Assembly: GCA_043806315.1 (NCBI GenBank)
Contig: JAZDHF010000017.1
Location: 1-58,021 of the forward strand
DNA from: Planctomycetota bacterium
GTDB taxonomy: Bacteria; Planctomycetota; Phycisphaerae; UBA1845
Direction: 5' to 3'
DNA length: 58,021 nt
Numbering within the stretch: position 1 is the first letter of the stretch; every line of letters begins with the position of its first letter. The position numbers and the translations under genes were made by a program. The notes under the pieces were generated by a model. That model saw nothing but the letters and a program-made list of their open reading frames with translations. It was not told the DNA's origin and searched no databases. Shown one piece after another: positions 49,641-58,021 of this stretch.

Positions 49641-51167
49641 TCACGGAAAGTCCCCCCTGGACGCAGCCGGAACACCGCTCAGACACACGTTGATGTCGTA
49701 GATGTACGCCGAACCGGAACTACAGAACGGATCCCCAGAGCAAGCGTCGTCCGTGCCGGAAGCACCGACTATGGCTAGGTCCACTCCCAGGGACACCGCG
49801 CCTCCGAACCCATCGGATGCTTCGCCGTCGGAAGGAATCAGCTCCAGACTCTCAACCCATTCCGCGCCCCTGAGGGTATAAAGATACACCGCTCCCGAAG
49901 CAGGACCGGGAGTGCCTGCGCCGGTGGCCCCCACGAAGAGGCGATCTCCAAGCACGGAAACGCTATATCCGAAGGAACGGTATCGGACCTCGGTCGGCGG
50001 ATTCAGTTTTTGTTCGTCGCCCCAGGTCGACCCGTTGAAGCGATAGACATACGCCTTTCCCGACCCGACAAACGCGCCGTCGGCAGAATAGGCACCGACT
50101 ACGAGAACGTTCTGGTACGTTGCGACCGAGCGCCCAAAGTTAGCTGGAGACGCGCGATCGGACGCAGTGAGCTTCTGCTCTTGGACCCATGAAGCTCCGT
50201 CCCAGCGGAAGACGTACGCCGCGCCGCCCCCGCCCGTTCCCGGTGCTCCGCCCACGATCACACCTGCGCTTACGGCAACAGAGGTTCCGAAGCGATCGAA
50301 AACCCCTACTTCAGGCGGCGCGAGCCTTTCCTCCTGGAGCCAACTGGAACCGTTCCAACGAAAGACGTAGATCGCGCCTGGTCTGGTCTTCCCGAAGAAG
50401 ACGTCGCCCATCAGTCCAATTGCGACTACATCCTCATTGATCGCAACAGATACCCCGAAGCCGCCGGCCACCACGGGATCAGTCGGCAATAGCTTTTGAT
50501 GTTGAGCCCATGTTGCCCCATTCCACCCGAACACGTACACGGCCCCGGCCCCGCTGTCGTTAGGAGCGGTGACCATGGCGACGTTACCATCGATGGCCAC
50601 TTTCCACCCGAAGCTGGAGCCTGGTTGCAGATCCGAGGGGACCAGCTTCTGCTGTTGCACCCAGTTCGATCCGTACCTGCGGAAAACGTAAGCGGCCCCG
50701 GGATCGCCCCCAAGGAAAACGCCCGCCGCGCCGACGACCACAACGTCGCCGGTGATGCCTACGGACGCCCCAAAGTGCTGCTCCCTGGCGGCGTCGGCGG
50801 CGGTGAGTTTAGCCTTCTCACATTGCGTGAGCGTCACCTGGAGTACAGCAAAGTCCGCAAGGTCCACATCGCCATCCCCGTCGAAGTCAAACGCTTCGCA
50901 ACCGTTCGGGTACGGGCCACCTTGCGGGCCCGTCAGGCACGTGACCCACCCCGCCAAATCCAGAGCCTCGTAGGGAAGTTTCACAGCGGGTTCAAAGGAG
51001 AGCTGCGAACGCTGTTCCACTCCGTTCGCGTGCTCGACCCAGTTCGGCCCGGGGCGGCAAAACACGTGGACCACACCAGGCTCCGGGAGCACGTCGTCGT
51101 CCGCCCCTGCGCCGACGGGAACCGACAGCAAAACTGCGATGCTCCATGCGATCCGACCGGGTTTCAT
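49641..51167 (-). CDS. Secreted FG-GAP repeat beta-propeller with internal dockerin-like motif
   Basis: Signal peptide; DFDGDGDVDLADFAVLQ; about 7 repeats of KL..D....FG.SVA..G..VVGA...GA.Y.F. Confidence 0.87.
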   Translation of the reverse strand: MKPGRIAWSIAVLLSVPVGAGADDDVLPEPGVVHVFCRPGPNWVEHANGVEQRSQLSFEPAVKLPYEALDLAGWVTCLTGPQGGPYPNGCEAFDFDGDGDVDLADFAVLQVTLTQCEKAKLTAADAAREQHFGASVGITGDVVVVGAAGVFLGGDPGAAYVFRRYGSNWVQQQKLVPSDLQPGSSFGWKVAIDGNVAMVTAPNDSGAGAVYVFGWNGATWAQHQKLLPTDPVVAGGFGVSVAINEDVVAIGLMGDVFFGKTRPGAIYVFRWNGSSWLQEERLAPPEVGVFDRFGTSVAVSAGVIVGGAPGTGGGGAAYVFRWDGASWVQEQKLTASDRASPANFGRSVATYQNVLVVGAYSADGAFVGSGKAYVYRFNGSTWGDEQKLNPPTEVRYRSFGYSVSVLGDRLFVGATGAGTPGPASGAVYLYTLRGAEWVESLELIPSDGEASDGFGGAVSLGVDLAIVGASGTDDACSGDPFCSSGSAYIYDINVCLSGVPAASRGDFP

Positions 51168-51257
51168 GGCGTGCCCTCCGTAACGGCGTTGCGAGGCGAT
51201 TTTTACAGTGTATCAGAAGTGGTGAGACTCGTCAACCGAGTTGTGACTGTTGGTTTT

Positions 51258-52760
51258 TCAGCGGGGTGGGGGAACGACCGTCCAGTAGTAAATGAAGAAA
51301 ACCCCGCCGAGAACGGCCGCCGCAAGGAGCGTGGTTTTGATGCGGTGGATCAGACGTTCGAATCGCCTGGCTCTGCCCGGATCGCCCGCCAACGAAATGA
51401 GGAATCGTATTCGGCTGCCGATCGAGGAATGCCGCCAGCTCCGTTCCTCCGCGGGGATGCCGTTGAGGATGGCCACACGTTGCAGCGCCGACGCGAAGAT
51501 CGCCGCCGCCGTCGCGCAGACGCGTCCGTCCTCGGTCCGCGCGCTCCGCGGACCGAGGTGAACGCTGCACGGGCGGTCGCAGTCCGATTCCGCGGGAGTG
51601 ACGCAGCGAGCGCCGAACAGATCGGCCTGCCGCTCGAACCGCCGCGAGACCCATCCGAACCCGATGCCCCAAAAGAGGACGGTCGCAGCCAACCCGATGC
51701 CCTGGATCGCCGCCGACGAGAGACCGCCCGCGGCGCGTGACCCCGCCGTGGCCTGGGCCAGCCCCTCCATGAGGCCGGCGACCACCAACCAACCGACCAC
51801 GGCGAAAACCAGAAAGTGCTGAATGTGCCGATGCCGAACGTGTCCCGCCTCGTGCCCGAATACGGCTTCGATCTGCCTCGGGCTTATCGTCGCCAGCAGG
51901 GCATCGGAAAGGAGAACGTACCTCACGGGGGCGAAAACGCCCATGACCGCGGCGTTAATCATGATCCCGTCGCTCTTCCAGACGAGAATGTCGCGACAGC
52001 GCAGCCCGATCCGATCGCAGAGGGTTTCAAGGCGCTCGCGCAACGGGCCGGCCTCCAGCGGCATCGTGCGCCAAACCCGGCAGAGCATCACCGGTGCGAC
52101 GACGAAAACTCCCGCGGCGACGACGCCGAGGAGCGCGTCGGGCGTCCAGACCCACCCACTCCATCGTCGAAGCGCGGCGTCGTACCCCCGCGTCATGTCC
52201 GCCGCGAAAAGGATCAGCATCATCGGGGCGGCGACGACCAGAAGGTGATGGCGGAGATTGAAATCGAGATAGACGCCCAGCCGCCAGCGCGGAGCGCTCG
52301 TCAGGTGCGCACCGTCGGATCGCGGATCGCCGAACAGGCGGAGCGCTCGCTCCGCCGGGTAGGCCGCCACCCACAACGCCACCGCGCCGGCAAAGAAGGG
52401 CGAAAGAACGATCGCGTCGCCGAAGATTTGCAGCGCAGGCGTGATGCGCCCGAAGTCGAACCAATCGGCCCAGCGTGTGAGCAACACTGCGGCGGCGAAA
52501 GCAACGAGGAGCGCGGTGCGGAGAACGAAGACCGCCCGATGGTGAAACTGTTGGGCGACGTGAGGCGCGTCGGGGTGCTTGTGATGCAGCCTGCGGGCGC
52601 GGCTCGCCGCCCATGCAGCGGCCAGGCCCAACAGCAACGGTTGGCTTAAAACGGTGAGCAGCGTCCTTGAAACGTCGTCACCCGGAACGAGCCGCCACTC
52701 GCCGGGGGCCTCGGCTCGCCAGAACAGGACCGCAAACGCAAGAATGGCAAATAAGTGCAT
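51258..52760 (-). CDS. M48 family (Ste24/HtpX-like) membrane metalloprotease
   Basis: Multiple TM helices; NAAVMG, HEAGH (HExxH), RRFERQADLF, HSSIGSRI. Confidence 0.9.
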   Translation of the reverse strand: MHLFAILAFAVLFWRAEAPGEWRLVPGDDVSRTLLTVLSQPLLLGLAAAWAASRARRLHHKHPDAPHVAQQFHHRAVFVLRTALLVAFAAAVLLTRWADWFDFGRITPALQIFGDAIVLSPFFAGAVALWVAAYPAERALRLFGDPRSDGAHLTSAPRWRLGVYLDFNLRHHLLVVAAPMMLILFAADMTRGYDAALRRWSGWVWTPDALLGVVAAGVFVVAPVMLCRVWRTMPLEAGPLRERLETLCDRIGLRCRDILVWKSDGIMINAAVMGVFAPVRYVLLSDALLATISPRQIEAVFGHEAGHVRHRHIQHFLVFAVVGWLVVAGLMEGLAQATAGSRAAGGLSSAAIQGIGLAATVLFWGIGFGWVSRRFERQADLFGARCVTPAESDCDRPCSVHLGPRSARTEDGRVCATAAAIFASALQRVAILNGIPAEERSWRHSSIGSRIRFLISLAGDPGRARRFERLIHRIKTTLLAAAVLGGVFFIYYWTVVPPPR

Positions 52761-53001
52761 TTGTTACAAACAATTTACGGATGCCAAGCCGTCCATCGAC
52801 GTTCCGCGCCTTGTGAAACACTGTGCCTTCAGCCTACTATTAGGCATGTTGAACGAAGAGGTCACGAAACGGCCCAACGGACTTTTTCCGATACGTTTGG
52901 GCGGCTCGAGTAGAGCGACCGCCCGACCGTAACGGCGGTGTCCGTCGCGCTTTGGGCGAGCGTCCCAACACGACCGGAACTTGTACCCGGAGAGGATACG
53001 T

Positions 53002-53988
53002 ATGAACAGCACACGAACGACCATGGGTTGCATCATCGCTCTTTCGATGGTCGTGGCCGGGTTTGCGAACGCGCGGCCCGCGTTCGCCCGACACGACGCG
53101 AGCAGACCGACCAAGACGGCGCAGGTTGTCGCCGACGACACCAAAGCGGGAGGTGGGGCGGCGACCCAAGCGCCTGCCGCGGCCCCGAAAGCCCGATCCT
53201 CCAAGACCCTCGCCAGGGCGCCCAAACCAGGGGTGCGGATGCAGGCGAGGATTGTGCAGATCAACAAACTTCGTGAGATGATGGACGAAAAGGTCGAGTT
53301 GACGTCGACGCAGAAGAGGAAGGTCGACGGCCTGTTCAACTATTTCATTAAGACCGCCAAGAACGCCGTGCCCCAGAGGCAGTTGCAGACGCCCCCAGAG
53401 GCGGGCGACACCGCCGCGGTGGAGCGCGTCGGCGGCGAAATCAGGCCCCTGAAGAAGGAGCCTCTCCCCCCTACGGACGACCCTTCGGAGGTGCTGATCG
53501 AGAAGGTCAGGGCGCAACTGAATCCCGATCAGGTTCCGGCTTTTGAGAAGGTCGTCGAACGCTGGAAGGTGATCACGTCGCTTGGACCGCGGACGGGCCC
53601 GCTCCTGCAACTTCGGAGGGCGTTGCAGGATCCAGAAGTGGGCCTGTCAGAATCCGAGAAGGCGGACGCCGACAAGGTTCTTCGGGACACGCTCAAGTCC
53701 CTCCAATCGGATCCCGACTGCAACCCGGAGAAAATGGAGACGGCGGCCGATAAAGCGCGGTCCACCATCTGCGAGAAATTGACACCTTTGCAGCGTTCCA
53801 AGATCGAAGCGAACCTCAAAATGTTCAAGGCTGAGCAGAAAGAGTTAAACGATTCCACAAACCAAGGCCCGAACCGAGTTGACAAGCCCAAGACCGAGGA
53901 TGCAAAAGGGGCCGCCAAACCGGACTCCCCGGACAAGAAAGACGCCGCCAAACCAGACAATGACAACGGGAACAAGGATAACGAATAA
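53002..53988 (+). CDS. Hypothetical secreted alpha-helical protein
   Basis: GAGG RBS, signal peptide; L(T/N/S)PxQ-type helical repeats reminiscent of Spy/CpxP; charged low-complexity tail. Confidence 0.7.
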   Translation: MNSTRTTMGCIIALSMVVAGFANARPAFARHDASRPTKTAQVVADDTKAGGGAATQAPAAAPKARSSKTLARAPKPGVRMQARIVQINKLREMMDEKVELTSTQKRKVDGLFNYFIKTAKNAVPQRQLQTPPEAGDTAAVERVGGEIRPLKKEPLPPTDDPSEVLIEKVRAQLNPDQVPAFEKVVERWKVITSLGPRTGPLLQLRRALQDPEVGLSESEKADADKVLRDTLKSLQSDPDCNPEKMETAADKARSTICEKLTPLQRSKIEANLKMFKAEQKELNDSTNQGPNRVDKPKTEDAKGAAKPDSPDKKDAAKPDNDNGNKDNE

Positions 53989-54387
53989 CAGCACCCTCGG
54001 CGCAGTCGGGAGCCTCGTTCCGCAGTAGGTTTGCTGACGCCCAACTCGCGTCGCCCTTCCGCATCTCGCGGTCCGGTGAGTAGGCGAACGGGACCCGGCT
54101 GCGGGTCCGGTGAAGGCACGCCGGCGGCACGAACGGCGTGTTTTGCTACGTCTCGAGTTGGTCAACCCCGCACATCGAGTCCCTGCCCATCCAAATCGCC
54201 ACGGGCGCAAGTTCATCGTAAGCGCGTTCGAGTTCTCGACGACTTGCCGGCGTGCTCGACTTGCCGTATGAAGACCGGCTGTACGATCGTCCCCGGGGCC
54301 GTGCACCGGGACCCCGGGGCAATGCCGGAGTCGTCCAATCGCGACGGACGGGGCACAGTCACGATGGGATCGGCGGGAGGGACTGCG

Positions 54388-54996
54388 ATGATGCAATACG
54401 CTGTTTTCGACACTGCGTGGGGCGTCTTCGGCTTTGTGGCCCAAGATCAGCGCCTGGTCGCGACGTTCTTGCCGCGGGCACGGCGGGAAATCCTGACCGC
54501 GATTCGCGCCTCGTGGGCGGAGGCGGTCGAAACGCAGCGTTTGCTGCCGCGTTTCCAGCGGGACATCGTCGCCTATTTTGAAAGGAAGCCCGTCCACTTT
54601 TCGGTCGACATCGACCTGAGCGCCATGCCGCCGTTCCATCGCTTGGCGTTGGAGGCGTGTCGTCGGATTCCATACGGACGCACGGCCTCCTACGGCGACC
54701 TTGCGCGAGCGGCCGGAAAGCTGAGCGCAGCGCGAGCGGTCGGCGGCGCCATGGCGCATAATCCGCTGCCGTTGGTGGTTCCGTGCCACCGCGTCCTTCG
54801 CTCGGATGGGTCGATCGGCGGGTTCTCGTCGGCCCGCGGGGTCGCTGAGAAAATCAGACTTCTACGTTTGGAAAATGTGTCGCTCGACCTACCGACGGAC
54901 GGGTCTTCGGTCGACGCGACGACAGCGGCGTCCTTCGATGGGTTCGGGAGTCCCTCCCGCAAGCGTCGTGCCGCCGTGGCGGTGGGATGTCCATGA
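54388..54996 (+). CDS. ogt: Methylated-DNA--protein-cysteine methyltransferase
   Basis: IPYGRTASYG, AARAVGGAMAHNPLPLVVPCHRV. Confidence 0.93.
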   Translation: MMQYAVFDTAWGVFGFVAQDQRLVATFLPRARREILTAIRASWAEAVETQRLLPRFQRDIVAYFERKPVHFSVDIDLSAMPPFHRLALEACRRIPYGRTASYGDLARAAGKLSAARAVGGAMAHNPLPLVVPCHRVLRSDGSIGGFSSARGVAEKIRLLRLENVSLDLPTDGSSVDATTAASFDGFGSPSRKRRAAVAVGCP

Positions 54997-56066
54997 CCGA
55001 TCTTTCGCGACGAGACTTTCTACAATCCGCAGCCGCCGCGGCCGCCGTGGGGGCGTTGAATCCGGCCCTGGCCGAGGAGCCGACGCAAGCGGCGGTAACA
55101 CTGTCCGGCCCGGTCGTCGTTTCGAGCGCCAACGGTCTTCGGGCCACGGAAAAGGCGGCGGAGATGATTGCCGCCGGTGCGGATACGCTCGATGCGGTGA
55201 TCGCCGGCGTCAACATCGTCGAGGAGGATCCCAACGACTACTCCGTCGGCTACGGCGGACTGCCCAATGAGGACGGCGTTGTGGAGCTCGATTCGAGCGT
55301 GATGCACGGGCCGTCGTGTCGCGCGGGGGCGGTCGGCGCTCTTCGGAACATCAAGACGCCCTCGCAGGTCGCCAAGGTGATCATGGAGCGGACGGATCAC
55401 CTGCTCCTCGTCGGCGAAGGAGCGTTACGCTTCGCCCGAGCGCAGGGCTTCAAGGAGTGCGATCTTCTCACTGAGGAGTCGCGCAAGCTGTGGCTGGAGT
55501 GGAAAGAGCGGCATTCGGATAAAGACAACTGGATTCCGCCGGAAGTGCCCGATCCGAACAAACGTTCCGACGCAAGGCGGGACTTCGCGTTCACCTACGG
55601 AACCATTACCTGCTTGGGGTTGAATACGGCGGGGGACCTGAGCGGCGTCACGACGACGAGCGGATTGAGTTACAAGCTCCCCGGCCGGGTGGGCGATTCA
55701 CCGATCATCGGGGCGGGACTTTACGTGGACAACGACGTGGGCGCCGCAGGCAGCACCGGTCGCGGCGAGGCCAACATCAAAATCTGCGGCGCACATATGA
55801 TCGTCGAGGCCATGCGGCATGGGGCGACGCCCGCCGAGGCGACCCTGCAAGCGGTGCAGCGGGCAGTCCATCACACCACCGAGAAACGGCTGTTGCATCA
55901 AGACGGTCGGCCCAACTTCGACCTGAAGTTTTACGCCCTCGCCAAGGACGGTCGGTTTGCGGGAGCCTCCATCTGGTCCGGGGGCAAGTTCGCCGTTTAC
56001 GCCGACGGCCAAAACCGGCTCGAGGAGTGCGCTTTCTTGCTCCAGCGACCTGTCGTCAAACCGTAG
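54993..56066 (+). CDS. Tat-exported Ntn-hydrolase (glycosylasparaginase / isoaspartyl peptidase family)
   Basis: SRRDFL Tat motif; SVGYGGLP, GTIT nucleophile site, TTSG, GRVGDSPIIGAG, TGRGE. Confidence 0.9.
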   Translation: MTDLSRRDFLQSAAAAAAVGALNPALAEEPTQAAVTLSGPVVVSSANGLRATEKAAEMIAAGADTLDAVIAGVNIVEEDPNDYSVGYGGLPNEDGVVELDSSVMHGPSCRAGAVGALRNIKTPSQVAKVIMERTDHLLLVGEGALRFARAQGFKECDLLTEESRKLWLEWKERHSDKDNWIPPEVPDPNKRSDARRDFAFTYGTITCLGLNTAGDLSGVTTTSGLSYKLPGRVGDSPIIGAGLYVDNDVGAAGSTGRGEANIKICGAHMIVEAMRHGATPAEATLQAVQRAVHHTTEKRLLHQDGRPNFDLKFYALAKDGRFAGASIWSGGKFAVYADGQNRLEECAFLLQRPVVKP

Positions 56067-56093
56067 CGCGCCACTGACAAAGCACCAGGCATC

Positions 56094-56558
56094 ATGGGAC
56101 CGTACACCCGCGAGCGCATCGAAAACTGGGTCGGCGACTTTTACGCCTCCGACGCCATCCGCGGCGTTCCCGGCGGACTGCGTGAATACGCCCGCGACGT
56201 GCTGGTCCGATTCCTGACTGCTGCCTGTGAACATGGCGACGTCGAGCCGGAGGATGTGGAAGAGGCTGATGTGAGATCGGCCCTGCTGGGACCGGTAGCC
56301 AAGCTCAACCTGCCGGCGTCGGTCAAAGGCGAGGTCCCCGCGTTGTGTGGAGCGTTCTTGGTCGATCTGCAGGCGCAAGGTCGACTGGGGGGCGGCCGAA
56401 TGCTCGGAGCCTACGCCTGGGCGCTCAAGGATGCTTTCCAGGAGGCCGCGTCGGGCAAGCCCAAGCCGATCGTCAGACCCGGAAGCCGGTTGAGGCGCAA
56501 CGACCCGTGCCCCTGCGGCAGCGGCAAAAAGTACAAGAAATGTTGCCTGAATGAGTAG
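56094..56558 (+). CDS. SEC-C motif-containing protein
   Basis: C-terminal [17 protein letters not shown]. Confidence 0.85.
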   Translation: MGPYTRERIENWVGDFYASDAIRGVPGGLREYARDVLVRFLTAACEHGDVEPEDVEEADVRSALLGPVAKLNLPASVKGEVPALCGAFLVDLQAQGRLGGGRMLGAYAWALKDAFQEAASGKPKPIVRPGSRLRRNDPCPCGSGKKYKKCCLNE

Positions 56559-57080
56559 GCGTGTGCCGCACCAAACAAGAACCAGAGCCCAGAGTCCCGG
56601 CACGCCAGGATGACGGGTCAAGCAAAGGCGCCTCACTGGCGCCCGGAGTTCGGATGCACAACCTGTCATCCCGGCACGGCCGTCAATTCACATTCGAAAC
56701 CCTACTCGGATGAATTGTAGATGTCGTGCAGGTCGCGCCGGCCGAACTGGCGAAACCCCAACCCGCGATATAAACGGTGGGCGTCGGTAGGGCGTGTGTC
56801 GCTCCCTACGGCTATGGGCGTGGAATGCCCAAGCCGCGGCAGATCTTCTCCACCAAACGGTTGGCGATCTCCGTGTGACGAGGCACCGTCTCAGACCGCG
56901 CCGGTCTGAGGGTCCATCCAAAGCGAGTGCTTGGCCCCCTCGCGCTTGAGCGCGCACCCGTTTCGGCGCAGATGCCGCAGCACGGCGTGGCATTTCACCG
57001 GACCACCACGGTCTCTTTGACCGCATCCGGTGGGACACCGGCCAACCCCTGTTCACGCCGATCGGTAAGGACCAACCTAA

Positions 57081-58021
57081 CCCGCATTTCTCACCGAGGG
57101 GATAGAAACAGGCTGCCCTCTGTGCGATAACACCTGTAGTTTCAAGGGCTTACCGTTTATGGAGGAGCAGCCTGTATGGAAACAGAGTGTACCCAAGAAT
57201 CGTTCGCCTTCCAAGCCTTGGGTGAAAGAGAAGTGGTGGCCCGGTTTGACGGGGGGAAGATTACCTCCGACGCCGGGGCGTTGCTGTTGCGGGAGACGGA
57301 GCGGGCCACGGGCATCATCGGGCAGTTTGCCGCCTGCTTTACCGATCACCGCGACCCGGACCTGATCGAGCACACCGTTGAGGAACTGATCGCCCAGCGC
57401 GTCTATGCCCTGTGCCTGGGCTACGAAGATCTCAACGATCACGACGCCCTGCGACACGATCCCTTGCTGGCCGTGCTGGTGGGGAAAGAGGATCCGCTGG
57501 GGGAGGATCGGGTTCGGGAGCGGGATAAGGGCAAGGCCCTGGCCGGCAAGAGCACACTGAATCGACTCGAGCTCACGCCGGTTCGGGCCAATGAGAACAG
57601 TCGCTACAAGAAGATCACCGTGGACCGCAGGGCGGTACAGGATCTATTTGTGAAGGTCTTCCTGCAATCCCATACGGCACCGCCGGAGCGGATAGTGCTG
57701 GATCTGGACGCTACCGATGATCCACTGCACGGGCACCAGTCCGGGCGGTTCTTTCACGGTTATTATGGAGATTACTGCTACCTGCCATTGTACATCTTCT
57801 GTGGGGACCACCTGCTCTGTGCCAAGCTGCGGCCCAGTAACATCGACGGTGCTGCGGGGGCCCTCAAGGAAGTGCAGCGTATCGTGGCCGCCATCCGCGA
57901 GAAGTGGCCGCAGGTTTCCATTGTGATCCGCGGCGACTCGGGATTCTGCCGCGAGGCGATCATGGCCTGGTGCGAAGGGAACGGCGTGGATTTCGTGCTG
58001 GGGCTGGCCCAGAACCCCCGC
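57081..58021 (+). mobile_element. IS1380-family element; transposase starts at 57176 and runs off the window
   Basis: Left end CCCGCATTTCTCAC; METECTQESF...FDGGKITSDAG...GYEDLNDHD..RHDP...LDLDATDDPLHGHQ...FHGYY..YCYLPL...RGDSGF. Absent from the ORF track because it has no stop in the window. Confidence 0.93.

Overview
GC-rich bacterial DNA, most likely Planctomycetota (Phycisphaerae-like), inferred from dockerin-like tails, an H-X9-DG prepilin, an IPTL-CTERM tail and GPTATEY-type Flp pilins. The window starts inside an ISKra4/UPF0236-type transposase and ends inside an IS1380 transposase. Between them lie a cobalamin-riboswitch-led three-gene operon, housekeeping and metabolic genes (S9 peptidase, radical SAM, ABC1 kinase, arcC, dapF, tdh, M16 peptidase, tRNA-Ser(CGA), mtnA, Lrp/EamA/rlmN, CDF), a Tad/Flp pilus locus, a lipoprotein trio, gpsA with a cytidylyltransferase, an ISAs1 remnant, a 2-hydroxyacyl-CoA dehydratase/activase/ADP-forming CoA ligase module, FG-GAP proteins, an M48 protease, ogt, a Tat-exported Ntn asparaginase and a SEC-C protein. 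Three observations stand out. (1) A candidate non-canonical B12 capture system: riboswitch, beta-propeller IPTL-CTERM protein, APGQFVN/dockerin protein and H-X9-DG prepilin, with no BtuB/BtuFCD in the operon. (2) A hidden selenoprotein: a TlpA-like lipoprotein with UxxC and a SECIS-like hairpin, which the ORF track splits in two. (3) Several sequence-distinct inverted heptamer-repeat elements at gene junctions, concentrated in the tad locus. All calls come from motif recognition by eye; no database searches were run.
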